The notes beneath the pieces are model-generated. The model worked only from the letters and a program-made list of their open reading frames with translations, was not told the DNA's origin and did no database searches. 64,000 nt of DNA. Origin: Eledone cirrhosa. Its lineage: Eukaryota. The stretch's first letter is position 1. Each line of letters opens with the position of its first letter. Below are positions 12,260 through 26,659 of the stretch, piece after piece. The stretch is taken from NCBI GenBank assembly GCA_964016885.1, contig OZ024765.1, forward strand, positions 8,866,001 through 8,930,000. Reading direction: 5' to 3'. A program made the position numbers and the translations under genes.

Positions 12260-15200
12260 CCACCACCACCACCACCACCACTACAGCAACCACCACCACC
12301 ACTACAGCAACCACCACCACCACTACAGCAACCACCACCACCACCACTACAGCAACCACCACCACTACAGCAACCACCACCACAACTACAGCAACCACCA
12401 CCACCACTACAGCAACCACCACCACCACCACTACAGCAACCACCACCACCACTACAGCAAACACCACCAGTACAGCAACCACCACCACAACTACAGCAAC
12501 CACCCCACCACTACAGCAACCACCACCACCACCACTACAGCAACCACCACCACCACTACAGCAAACACCACCAGTACAGCAACCACCACCACAACTACAG
12601 CAACCACCCCACCACTACAGCAACCACCACCACCACCACTACAGCAACCACCACCACCACTACAGCAACCACCACCACCACTACACCAACCACCACCACC
12701 ACTACAGCAACCACCACCACCACTACAGCAACCACCACCACCACTACAGCAACCACCACCCCCACTACAGCAACCACCACCACCACTACAGCAACCACCA
12801 CCCCCACTACAGCAACCACCACCCCCACTACAGCAACCACCACCACCACTACAGCAACCACCACCACCACGACAGCAACCACCACCACCACTACAGCAAC
12901 CACCACCACTACAGCAACCACCACCACCACTACAGCAACCACCACCACCACTACAGCAACCACCACCACCACCACTACAGCAACCACCACCACTAGAGCA
13001 ACCACCACCACCACTACAGCAACCACCACCACCACCACTACAGCAACCACCACCACTACAGCAACCACCACCACTACAGCAACCACCACCACCACTACAC
13101 CAACCCCCACCACCACTACAGCAACCACCACCACCACCACTACAGCAACCACCACCACTACAGCAACCACCACCACCACTACACCAACCACCACCACCAC
13201 TACAGCAACCACCACCACCACTACAGCAACCACCACCATCACCACTACAGCAACCACCACCACCACCACTACAGCAACCACCACCACTACAGCAACCACC
13301 ACCACCACCACTACAGCAACCACCACCACCACTACAGCAACCACCACCACCACTACACCAACCACCACCACCACTACAGCAACCACCACCACTACAGCAA
13401 CCACCACCACCACCACTACAGCAACCACCACCACTACAGCAACCACCACCACCACCACTACAGCAACCACCACCAACACTACACCAACCACCACCACCAC
13501 TACAGCAACCACCACCACCACTACAGCAACCACCACCACCACCACTACAGCAACCACCACCACTACAGCAACCACCACCACCACCACTACAGCAACCACC
13601 ACCACTACAGCAACCACCACCACCACTACACCAACCCCCACCACCACTACAGCAACCACCACCACCACCACTACATCAACCACCACCACTACAGCAACCA
13701 CCACCACCACCACTACACCAACCACCACCAGCACTACAGCAACCACCACCACCACTACAGCAACCACCACCACCACTACAGCAACCACCACCACCACCAC
13801 TACAGCAACCACCACCACTACAGCAACCACCACCACCACCACTACAGCAACCACCACCACCACTACAGCAACCACCACCACCACTACAGCAACCACCACC
13901 ACCACTACACCAACCACCACCACCACTACAGCAACCACCACCACCACTACAGCAACCACCACCACCACTACAGCAACCACCACCACTACAGCAACCACCA
14001 CCACTACTACACCAACCCCCACCACCACTACAGCAACCACCACCACTACAGCAACCCCCACCACAACTACACCAACCCCCACCACCACTACAGCAACCAC
14101 CACCACCACTACACCAACCCCCACCACCACTACAGCAACCACCACCACCACTACACCAACCCCCACCACCACTACACCAACCCCCACCACTACAGCAACC
14201 CCCACCACCACTACAGCAACCACCACCACCACCACTACAGCAACCTCCACCACTACAGCAACCACCACCACCACTACAGCAACCACCACCACCACTACAG
14301 CAACCACCACCACCACTACAGCAACCACCACCACCACTACAGCAACCACCACCACTACAGCAACCCCCACCACCACTACAGCAACCACCACCACCACTAC
14401 ACCAACCACCACCACCACTACAGCAACCACCACCACTACAGCAACCACCACCACCACTACACCAACCACCACCACCACTACAGCAACCACCACCACCACT
14501 ACAGCAACCACCACCACCACCACTACAGCAACCACCACCACTACAGCAACCACCACCACCACCACTACAGCAACCACCACCACCACCACTACAGCAACCA
14601 CCACCACCACTACACCAACCCCCACCACCACTACACCAACCACCACCACCACTACACCAACCACCACCACTACAGCAACCACCACCACTACAGCAACCCC
14701 CACCACCACTACACCAACCCCCACCACCACTACAGCAACCCCCACCACCACTACACCAACCCCCACCACCACTACAGCAACCCCCACCACCACTACACCA
14801 ACCCCCACCACCACTACACCAACCACCACCACCACTACAGCAACCACCACCACCACTACACCAACCACCACCACCACTACACCAACCCCCACCACCACTA
14901 CAGCAACCCCCACCACCACTACACCAACCACCACCACCACTACAGCAACCACCACCACCACTACAGCAACCCCCACCACCACTACACCAACCCCCACCAC
15001 TACAGCAACCACCACCACCACTACAGCAACCCCCACCACCACTACACCAACCACCACCACCACTACAGCAACCACCACCACCACTACAGCAACCACCACC
15101 ACTACAGCAACCACCACCACCACTACAGCAACCACAACCACCACTACAGCAACCACCACCACTACAGCAACCACCACCACCACTACAGCAACCACCACCA

Positions 15201-18200
15201 CCACTACAGCAACCACCACCACCACTACAGCAACCACCACCACTACAGCAACCACCACCACCACTACAGCAACCCCCACCACCACTACAGCAACCACCAC
15301 CACCACTACAGCAACCACCACCACCACTACAGCAACCACCACCACTACAGCAACCACCACCACCACTACAGCAACCACCACCACTACAGCAACCACCACC
15401 ACCACTACAGCAACCACCACCACCACTACAGCAACCACCACCACCACTACAGCAACCACCACCACCACTACAGCAACCCCCACCACCACTACACCAACCC
15501 CCACCACTACAGCAACCACCACCACCACTACAGCAACCCCCACCACCACTACACCAACCACCACCACCACTACAGCAACCACCACCACCACTACAGCAAC
15601 CACCACCACTACAGCAACCACCACCACCACTACAGCAACCACAACCACCACTACAGCAACCACCACCACTACAGCAACCACCACCACCACTACAGCAACC
15701 ACCACCACCACTACAGCAACCACCACCACCACTACAGCAACCACCACCACTACAGCAACCACCACCACCACTACAGCAACCCCCACCACCACTACAGCAA
15801 CCACCACCACCACTACAGCAACCACCACCACCACTACAGCAACCACCACCACTACAGCAACCACCACCACCACTACAGCAACCACCACCACTACAGCAAC
15901 CACCACCACCACTACAGCAACCACCACCACCACTACAGCAACCACCACCACCACTACAGCAACCACCACCACCACTACAGCAACCACAACCACCACTACA
16001 GCAACCACCACCACTACAGCAACCACCACCACCACTACAGCAACCACCACCACCACTACAGCAACCACCACCACCACTACACCAACCACCACCACCACTA
16101 CAGCAACCACCACCACCACTACAGCAACCACCACCACCACTACAGCAACCACCACCACCACTACACCAACCACCACCACCACTACACCAACCACCACCAC
16201 CACTACAGCAACCACCACCACCACTACAGCAACCACCACCACCACTACACCAACCACCACCACCACTACACCAACCACCACCACCACTACAGCAACCACC
16301 ACCACCACTACAGCAACCACCACCACCACTACAGCAACCACCACCACTATAGCAACCACCACCACCACTACAGCAACCACCACCACCACTACAGCAACCA
16401 CCACCACCACTGCAGCAACCACCACCACTACAGCAACCACCACCACCACCACTACAGCAACCACCACCACTACAGCAACCACCACCACCACTACAGCAAC
16501 CACCACCACCACTACAGCAACCACCACCACCACCACTACAGCAACCACCACCACTACAGCAACCACCACCACCACTAAAGCAACCACCACCACCACTACA
16601 GCAACCACCACCACTACAGCAACCACCACCACTACAGCAACCACCACCACCACTACAGCAACCACCACCACCACTACAGCAACCACCACCACTAAAGCAA
16701 CCACCACCACCACTACAGCAACCACCACCACCACTAAAGCAACCACCACCACCACTACAGCAACCACCACCACTACAGCAACCACCACCACTACAGCAAC
16801 CACTACCACCACTACAGCAACCACCACCACCACTACAGCAACCACCACCACTAAAGCAACCACCACCACCACTACAGCAACCACCACCACTAAAGCAACC
16901 ACCACCACCACTAAAGCAACCACCACCACCACTACAGCAACCACCACCACTACAGCAACCACCACCACCACTACAGCAACCACCACCACTACAGCAACCA
17001 CCACCACTACAGCAACCACCACCACCACTACAGCAACCACCACCACCACTACAGCAACCACCACCACCACTACAGCAACCACCACTACAGCAACCACCAC
17101 CACCACTACAGCAACCACCACCACCACTACACCAACCACCACCACTACAGCAACCACCACCACCACTACAGCAACCACCACCACCACTACAGCAACCACC
17201 ACCACCACTACAGCAACCACCACCACCACTACAGCAACCACCACCACTACAGCAACCACCACCACTACAGCAACCACCACCACTACAGCAACCACCACCA
17301 CCACTACAGCAACCACCACCACTACAGCAACCACCACCACCACTACACCAACCACCAACACCACTACAGCAACCACCACCACCACTACAGCAACCACCAC
17401 CACCACTACAGCAACCACCACCACTACAGCAACCACCACCCCCACTACAGCAACCACCACCACCACCACACCAACCACCACCACCACTACAGCAACCACC
17501 ACCACTACAGCAACCACCACCACCACTACAGCAACCACCACCACTACAGCAACCACCACCCCCACTACAGCAACCACCACCACCACCACACCAACCACCA
17601 CCACCACTACAGCAACCACCACTACAGCAACCACCACCACCACTACAGCAACCACCACCACTACAGCAACCACCACCACCACTACACCAACCACCACCAC
17701 CACTACAGCAACCACCACCACCACTACACCAACCCCCACCACCACTACAGCAACTACCACCACCACTACACCAACCACCACCACCACCACTACAGCAACC
17801 ACCACCACCGCTACACCAACCACCACCACCAATACACCAACCACCACCACCACTACAGCAACCACCACCACCACTACACCAACCACCACCACCACTACAC
17901 CAACCACCATCACCACTACACCAACCACCACCACCACTACACCAACCACCACCACCACTACAGCAACCACCACCACCACTACACCAACCACCACCACTAC
18001 AGCAACCACCACCACCACTACACCAACCACCACCACCACTACAGCAACACCCACCACTACACCAACCCCCACCACCACTACAGCAACCACCACCACTACA
18101 CCAACCACCACCGCCACTACACCAACCCCCACCACCACTACACCAACCACCACAACCACTACACCAACTACCACCACTACACCAACCACCACCACCACTA

Positions 18201-19408
18201 CAGCAACCACCACCACCACTACACCAACCACCACCACTACACCAACCCCCACCACCACTACACCAACCACCACCACCACTACAGCAACACCCACCACTAC
18301 ACCAACCCCCACCACCACTACAGCAACCACCACCACTACACCAACCACCACCACCACTACACCAACCCCCACCACCACTACACCAACCCCCACCACCACT
18401 ACACCAACCACCACAACCACTACACCAACTACCACCACTACACCAACCACCACAACCACTACACCAACTACCACAACTACACCAACCACCACCACTACAC
18501 CAACCCCCACCACCACTACACCAACCACCACAACCACTACACCAACTACCACCACTACACCAACCACCACCACTACACCAACCACCACAACCACTACACC
18601 AACCACCACCACTACACCAACCACCACCACCCCTACAACAACCACCACCACCACTACACCAACTATCTCCTCCTCTACTACACCAACAACCACCACCACT
18701 ACACCACCACCACCACCACCACCACCACCACCACCACTACACCACCACTACACCACCACCACCACCACCACCAACAACCACCACCACTACACCACCACCA
18801 CCACCACCACCAACAACCACCACCACTACACCACCACCACCACCACCACCACCACCACCACCACTACACCAACCCCCACCACCACCACCACCACCACCAC
18901 CACTACACCACCACCACCACCACCACCACCACCACCACCACTACACCACCACCACCACCACCACCACTACACCACTACACCACTACACCACCACCACCAC
19001 CACCACCACCACCACCACTACACCACCACCACCACCACCACCACTACACCACCACCACCACCACCACCACCACCACCACTACACCACCACCACCACCACC
19101 ACCACTACACCACCACCACCACCACCACCACCACCACTACACCACCACCACCACCACCACCACCACCACTACACCACCACCACCACCACCACCACTACAC
19201 CACTACACCACTACACCACCACCACCACCACCACCACCACTACACCACCACCACCATCACCACCACCACCACTACACCACCACCACTACACCACCACCAC
19301 CACCACTACACCACCACCACCACCACCACCACCACCACTACACCACCACCACTACACCACCACCACCACCACTACACCACCACCACCATCACCACCACTA
19401 CACCAACC
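12260..19408. repeat. ~7-kb minisatellite ACTACAGCA(ACC)3-5 (18/21/24-bp units), decaying to (ACC)n
   Basis: Hundreds of ACTACA(G/C)CAACCACCACC units whose lengths vary in steps of 3. Confidence 0.95.
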
Positions 19409-19678
19409 ATATTAAAGATATATTAAAGGTTGTTATGAAGATATCACTGCTTTATGACAGATTCTCTCCAAGTCAACATATCACACGACTCCATCTAACC
19501 TTTATCAGTTTATCCTACGCTGCATGCTTAAAAAGACATTTACTACCACCACCACTACACCAAAATATCTATGTAGTTACCCCAAAGTAAGTAACTATAA
19601 TAAAGGTTTCTGATTTAGGTGCAAGGCCAGCAATATTGGGGAGCAATCATCATCATCATTATTAACTTTGCCCTCGAA

Positions 19679-20350
19679 GGGCGGTGGATTGGCAGTATCG
19701 GTAGAGAGTCGGACACCATGCTAGGGCGGTGGATTGGCAGTATCGGTAGAGAGTCGGACACCATGCTAGGGTGGTGGATTGGCAGTATCGGTAGAGAGTC
19801 GGACACCATGCTAGGGTGGTGGATTGGCAGTATCGGTAGAGATTTGGACACCATGCTAGGGCGGTGGATTGGCAGTATCGGTAGAGAGTCGGACACCATG
19901 CTAGGGTGGTGGATTGGCAGTATCGGTAGAGAGTCGGACACCATGCTAGGGTGGTGGATTGGCAGTATCGGTAGAGATTTGGACACCATGCTAGGGCGGT
20001 GGATTGGCAGTATCGGTAGAGAGTCGGACACCATGCTAGGGTGGTGGATTGGCAGTATCGGTAGAGAGTCGGACACCATGCTAGGGCGGTGGATTGGCAG
20101 TATCGGTAGAGAGTCGGACACCATGCTAGGGCGGTGGATTGGCAGTATCGGTAGAGAGTCGGACACCATGCTAGGGCGGTGGATTGGCAGTATCGGTAGA
20201 GAGTCGGACACCATGCTAGGGCGGTGGATTGGCAGTATCGGTAGAGAGTCGGACACCATGCTAGGGCGGTGGATTGGCAGTATCGGTAGAGAGTCGGACA
20301 CCATGCTAGGGCGGTGGATTGGCAGTATCGGTAGAGAGTCGGACACCATG
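19679..20350 (+). repeat. Tandem array of ~15 x 45-bp SINE-A 5' heads
   Basis: Unit GGGCGGTGGATTGGCAGTATCGGTAGAGAGTCGGACACCATGCTA matches the first ~45 nt of SINE-A; 15-aa periodic ORFs on both strands. Confidence 0.95.
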
Positions 20351-20535
20351 CATTACCGCACAGTGTTACGGCCCTTTATGATCTGAGTTCAAATCCCGCC
20401 GAGGTTAACTTTGCCTGCCGTCCTTACAGGGTCGATAAAATAAAGTACCAGTAATACACTTCAGTCGATTTAATCGACTTTCTTCTCCCCCAAAATTGCT
20501 GGCCTTGTGCCAATTGTAGAAACAATTATTATTAT
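20309..20535 (+). mobile_element. SINE family A copy (body of the head array)
   Basis: The last 45-bp unit continues into B-box GAGTTCAAATCC, the central domain and the AACAATTATT tail. Confidence 0.85.
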
Positions 20536-20570
20536 TGAATGTCTATTTTCCATGCTACCGTTGGTTAGAC

Positions 20571-20728
20571 CAGGCATGTCAAACTGAGGGTCACATATGT
20601 GTTGTTTGAGGGTCACACATGACAAACAACCTATTGCACACATTACAACTATTTTTTTTAATTTTATGTTTACGAAGATAAAACATGCTCTAGGTGTGCT
20701 TGTAAAGGCCACATGTTTGACATGCCTG
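20571..20728. mobile_element. hAT-like MITE
   Basis: TIR CAGGCATGTCAAAC / GTTTGACATGCCTG with 8-bp TSD GGTTAGAC/GGTTAGAT. Confidence 0.85.
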
Positions 20729-20908
20729 GGTTAGATGGGTTTGTCCCATTACAGGCATGTTGGGTCGGGTGACTATTACTTGCTCATGTGGGACTGTTTC
20801 TGGCTGGTTTTCTACGGCTGGATGGCATTCCTAACGCCAGTGCTTATAATAATGGTCTCTGATTTAGGCACAAGACCAGCAATTTGAGGGGAGGGGACAA
20901 TCGATTAA

Positions 20909-23096
20909 CCTTTTAGCATTTAAACTGGCAATACTCGGCCAGAATTCTCTCATCTCTTTCTGTTCAAACCTGCTGTAACCAGCCACTCACACTGATATTA
21001 AAGTATTGTTCTCAAAATAAATAATATCAAAATCTCATTGATTCAATATTATGTGAGGTAAAGCCTTTACCTTGAAAATACAATAGTATATATAGAGTAA
21101 TGTAAATGTTATGTGAGATGTTATGTGAGGTAAAGCCTTTACTGTGACAATACAATAGTATATATAGAGTAATGTAAATGTTATGTGAGATATTATGTTA
21201 GGTAAAGCCTTTACCATGAAAATACAATAGTATATATAGAGTAATGTAAATGTTATGTGAGGTATTATGTAAGGTAAAGCCTTTACTGTGAAAATACAAT
21301 AGTATATATAGAGTAATGTAAATGTTATGTGAGATATTATGTGAGGTAAAGCCGTTACTGTGACAATACAATAGTATATATAGAGTAATGTAAATGTTAT
21401 GTGAGGTAAAGTCTTTACTGTGAAAATACAATAGTATATATAGAGTAATGTAAATGTTATGTGAGATATTATGTGAGGTAAAGCCTTTACTGTGAAAATA
21501 TAATAGTATATATAGAGTAATGTAAATGTTATGTGAGATATTACGTGAGGTAAAGCCTTTACTGTGAAAATATAATAGTATATATAGAGTAATGTAAATG
21601 TTATGTGAGATATTATGTTAGGTAAAGCCTTTACCATGAAAATACAATAGTATATATAGAGTAATGTAAATGTTATGTGAGGTATTATGTAAGGTAAAGC
21701 CTTTACTGTGAAAATACAATAGTATATATAGAGTAATGTAAATGTTATGTGAGATATTATGTGAGGTAAAGCCGTTACTGTGACAATACAATAGTATATA
21801 TAGAGTAATGTAAATGTTATGTGAGGTATTATGTGAGGTAAAGTCTTTACTGTGAAAATACAATAGTATATATAGAGTAATGTAAATGTTATGTGAGATA
21901 TTATGTGAGGTAAAGCCTTTACTGTGAAAATATAATAGTATATATAGAGTAATGTAAATGTTATGTGAGATATTACGTGAGGTAAAGCCTTTACTGTGAA
22001 AATATAATAGTATATATAGAGTAATGTAAATGTTATGTGAGATATTATGTGAGGTAAAGCCGTTACTGTGACAATACAATAGTATATATAGAGTAATGTA
22101 AATGTTATGTGAGGTATTATGTGAGGTAAAGTCTTTACTGTGAAAATACAATAGTATATATAGAGTAATGTAAATGTTATGTGAGATATTATGTGAGGTA
22201 AAGCCTTTACTGTGACAATACAATAGTATATATAGAGTAATGTAAATGTTATGTGAGATATTATGTGAGGTAAAGCCTTTACTGTGAAAATATAATAGTA
22301 TATATAGAGTAATGTAAATGTTATGTGAGATATTACGTGAGGTAAAGCCTTTACTGTGAAAATATAATAGTATATATAGAGTAATGTAAATGTTATGTGA
22401 GATATTATGTGAGGTAAAGCCTTTACTGTGAAAATATAATAGTATATATAGAGTAATGGAAATGTTATGTGAGATATTATGTGAGGTAAAGCCTTTACTG
22501 TGAAAATACAATAGTATATATAGAGTAATGTAAATGTTATGTGAGATATTATGTAAGGTAAAGCCTTTACTGTGACAATACAATAGTATATATAGAGTAA
22601 TGTAAATGTTATGTGAGATATTATGCAAGATAAAGCCTTTACCACAAAAATACAATAGTATATATAGAGTAATGTAAATGTTATGTGAGGTAAAGCCTTT
22701 ACTGTGAAAATACAATAGTATATATAGAGTAATGTAAATGTTATGTGAGGTATTATGTGAGGTAAAGTCTTTACTGTGAAAATACAATAGTATATATAGA
22801 GTAATGTAAATGTTATGTGAGGTAAAGCCTTTACTGTGACAATACAATAGTGTATATAGAGTAATGTAAATGTTATGTGAGATATTATGTGAGGTAAAGA
22901 CTTTACTGTGAAAATACAATAGTATATATAGAGTAATGTAAATGTTATGTGAGATATTATGTGAGGTAAAGCCTTTACTGTGAAAATACAATAGTATATA
23001 TAGAGTAATGTAAATGTTATGTGAGATATTATGTGAGGTAAAGCCTTTACTGTGAAAATACAATAGTATATATAGAGTAATGTAAATGGTGAGGGG
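20909..23096 (-). mobile_element. piggyBac-like MITE with ~29 internal 72-bp units (some 60-bp)
   Basis: Reverse complement of the 174-1029 element. TTAA at 20905-20908 and 23097-23100. Interrupts a SINE-like sequence (TCGATTAA|ATTGACCCCAGT). Confidence 0.85.
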
Positions 23097-23280
23097 TTAA
23101 ATTGACCCCAGTACGTTCCTGGTAGTGTTTAGAAAAATGGTTTCTGATTTAGGCATAAAGCCCGCAATTTTGGGGGTAGGGAAAATGAATTAAATCAACC
23201 CCAATGCATTACTGGTACTTTATTTTATTCACCCCTGCAAGGATGAAACACGTGCGCATGCATATTTGCGTGGATGCACA

Positions 23281-23690
23281 TATGTGATTAGTGCAGGGAT
23301 ACTATGCTGCTATACCATTTATGCATATTGTGCATGCACTTTCCGGCTTATAACACCACATGATCGGGTTGCGTCCAAGCCTCATGATCGTTGTCCCATA
23401 TAATACTATGTGCACAATGTGCACAGCTGCGCGTGTGTGTACAGCGGATGGCAGTGTATTCATCAAGTATGCGCCCGCATATGTTCATATCGAGGGCGCA
23501 TATTTGATGAATACCCTCCCATCCGTACACACACACGCGCAGCTGTGCACATGGTGCATATAGTATTATATGGGACAACGATCATGAGGCTTGGACCCAG
23601 CCCGATCATGTGGTGATATCAGCCTGAAAGTGCATGCACAATATGCATAAATGCTATAGCATCATAGTATCTCTCTGCATTAATCACATA
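23281..23690. repeat. ~410-bp imperfect foldback (about 200-bp arms, short loop near 23480)
   Basis: For example CCAAGCCTCATGATCGTTGTCCCATATAATACTAT (left) pairs with ATAGTATTATATGGGACAACGATCATGAGGCTTGG (right). Confidence 0.9.
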
Positions 23691-23716
23691 TAACTTATTA
23701 TATAACTGTACGTACA

Positions 23717-24126
23717 TAAAATAAAATAATATAAAATAATATAAAATAAAATAAAATAAAATAAAATAATTTAAAATAAAATAATATAAAATAAAATAAT
23801 ATAAAATAATATAAAATAAAATAAAATAAAATAATATAAAATAAAATAAAATAATATAAAATAAAATAATATAAAATAAAATAAAATAAAATAATATAAA
23901 ATAAAATAAAATAAAATAATATAAAATAATATAAAATAAAATAAAATAAAATAAAATAATATAAAATAAAATAATATAAAATAAAATAAAATAAAATAAT
24001 ATAAAATAATATAAAATAAAATAAAATAAAATAATATAAAATAATATAAAATAAAATAAAATAAAATAATATAAAATAAAATAAAATAAAATAAAATAAA
24101 ATAATATAAAATAAAATAAAATAAAA
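23717..24126. repeat. (ATAAA/ATAAT)n pentanucleotide microsatellite
   Basis: Direct inspection. Confidence 0.95.
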
Positions 24127-24387
24127 TGCTGGAAAAAAGAAATGTATACATGATAAGGATGCAGAGGGGGTTCAGGCATTATTGGGGTGTGTGTAAAGTT
24201 GCATAAAATACTTGAGGGGTGTGGTGCATATGGTTGTATAATATCCATGGGGACTGGTGATCTAAGAGACTGGGTAAGAGTCTGCACATGATGCAGGTCT
24301 CATGGCTGGTGGAGACATGGGGACTGTGCGTGAGTACACAAACAAGTTATATATATATTGTGGATGTGTATAACATCCATTTCATAA

Positions 24388-24890
24388 TAAGGCAGACCTA
24401 GAAAAACATGGGATGAGCTGATAAACTCCGACCTCACACACTTACACCTCTCCAAGACAATGTCACTGGACCGAGACCTTTGGCGGTACTCAGTAACAGA
24501 GAAGACCCGCCTTGCCAGTAGGCATCTCTAACATAATACACCCCGTCCCGCCACCACCCCCACCCCATCCACACCACCCCGTTCTATGTAAAGTTATGTT
24601 GGTGCCGCGCCATCCAGGCCGAAACAAATGAGATTGTGTAGGTGTCACGACAAAAAAACACACAGTCCACGCTGTAATGTGGCCGTGTAGGCAACACGGT
24701 AAAAACCTCCCAGACCCACACTGTAAATGTGGTTGGTGTTAGGAAGGGCATCCAACTGTAGAAAACCTGCCAGACAGTCCTATGCGAGCAAGACAATCAC
24801 TCTTGCCTCAAGTGGGACTACCCCCGTCCAAACCCATGCAAGCGTGGAACACGGACGTTAAACGTTGATGATGATGATGATGATGATGAT
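24388..24890 (+). mobile_element. RTE LINE 3' end (same family as 1595-2297)
   Basis: GRPRKTW-coding sequence, same 3' UTR and (GAT)n tail. Confidence 0.8.
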
Positions 24891-25012
24891 ATATTGTTAT
24901 ACTTGGGGAGGATCATATTGTTGTAATAATATTTCCAGAAATAATAACAGAACACAATATCTGTTTCGACATACGATTTCATATAAAAAACCTTACAAAA
25001 CAAATATATATA

Positions 25013-25357
25013 TCATCATCATCATCATCATTTCATTTTTACGTCCGCTTTTTCCCTGCTTGCAAGGGTGGGACGGGAACTGAATTTGGCTTGGTTTCTA
25101 CAGCTGGATACCCTTCCTAACACCAACCTCATTTACAGTGAGTGCTGGGTGCTTTTTTGCCGTGGCACCTGCACGACCACTTTGCAGTGGAATGATATGG
25201 ACCCCAGTCCCTATCATCTCATTTCTACAGCTGAGTAAACTGGAGCAATGTGAAATAAAGTTTCTTGCTCAAGGAAACAACACATCACCCGGTCTGAGAA
25301 TTGAACTCACAACCCTTCGATTGCAAGGCCAATGCTCTAACCACTAAGCCATGTGCC
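25013..25357 (-). mobile_element. tRNA-derived SINE family B (CORE-like) with RTE-type tail
   Basis: Minus strand has A-box TGGCTTAGTGG, B-box GAGTTCAATTC, CORE-like TTCCTTGAGCAAGA, and tail GCAGGGAAAAAGCGGACGTAAAA-(TGA)n. Confidence 0.8.
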
Positions 25358-25379
25358 TTCATATATATATATATCACCA

Positions 25380-26400
25380 TCATCATCATTTTATGTCCTC
25401 TTTTCCCTGCTTGCAAGGGTGGGATGGGTCCTATTCAGCACAGCATCTCTCCACTTGTCACGGTCCTTCGTCATCTCCTCCGTGAGCTTCAGCAATCTGA
25501 GGTCTGCTCTCACCACCTCCGCCCATGTTTTCGTGGTCTACCTCTACTGGGATTTCTTGGCACTTCTTTACCCAGCAGTCATCCTCCATGTGCATCACAT
25601 GTCCATACCATCTCAGCCTTCTCTCCCGCACACTACAATTTATCCCTCTTATACCCATTTTCTTTCTCAACTCGTCTATACTTGGTCGTTCATGCACATT
25701 GACATTGCACATCCAATGGAGCATACTTGCTTCTATTCTCTCCAGCCGTCACATATCCTCTGCAGTTGCTGCCCATGTCTCACAACCATGCAGCATCGCG
25801 CATCTCACACAGGCATCATATAACCGTCCTTTTGTACGCAGGGAGAAACCCTTCTTTGTCAACAGAGAGAGCAGCTCCCTAAACTTCTTCCAACCTGTCC
25901 TTATTCTAGATACTATGGCCTCGGAACACCCCCACCCCTCCCATGCTAATCTGATCACCTAGGTACAGGAAGCTATCAACCACTTCTATAGAACCCACCT
26001 GCATTGGAAAAATGAGTCTATCACATCGATTACTACTGCCAACTTTCCCTGTACATCTACTGCATACGTAGTTTCCCCTACCTATTAGTTTGCCTGCTAT
26101 CCCACTACATCTCTTGTGTACCCAAGATCTACATTGCATACATTTTATGGAATTTATGCCAGTTTCTTTTCTGCATATCGAACATGGCCATTTCCCTGAT
26201 GGAATCAAAGTTTTGTCCTCTTTTCTACTCATCAACACTTTTGTCTTAGCTAGTTTCACTCTCAGTCCTCTTGATTCCAACTGCTGTTTCCATAGCCAGA
26301 ATTTATTCTCTAGCTCCTTTACTGATTCTGCTATAAGAACCAGATCATCAGCATAAAGAAGTTCCCATGGGCATCCAGTCTTAAACTCTTCAAAAAACTG
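25380..26400 (-). mobile_element. RTE-clade LINE fragment (RT YADD motif to 3' end), frameshifted
   Basis: ELLYADDLVL, a Cys-rich segment, KGRLYDACVR..MLHGCETW and RERRLRWYGHV fall in successive frames; ends in (TGA)n. Confidence 0.9.
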
Positions 26401-26659
26401 CACCCACTCAAAAAATTGTTGTCATAAAATTCTTAAATTTTCAAAAAATACATACTTTGTTTGTATATTTTTATCGCAGCAAACATAACACAATATCTAC
26501 AATACAATAATGGAATACAGATGTCATAATAATGATAAGTGTGTATAGAATTATCCTTGACTTTTATATAATATACCTGTCATCTTATATAACATATTTC
26601 TTGTTTATAGAAAGAACACATCAAAATAACGACACATTTCTATTCTATCTTATTATTAT

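Noticed and set aside
12595-18699. 2034-aa Val/Ala/Gly ORF
   Set aside because: Translation of a triplet-phased minisatellite; no complex sequence, splice context or domain.
19619-20386. CRISPR-like or repeat-protein appearance of the 45-bp array
   Set aside because: No unique spacers and no cas genes; the unit is the 5' end of a SINE found throughout the window.
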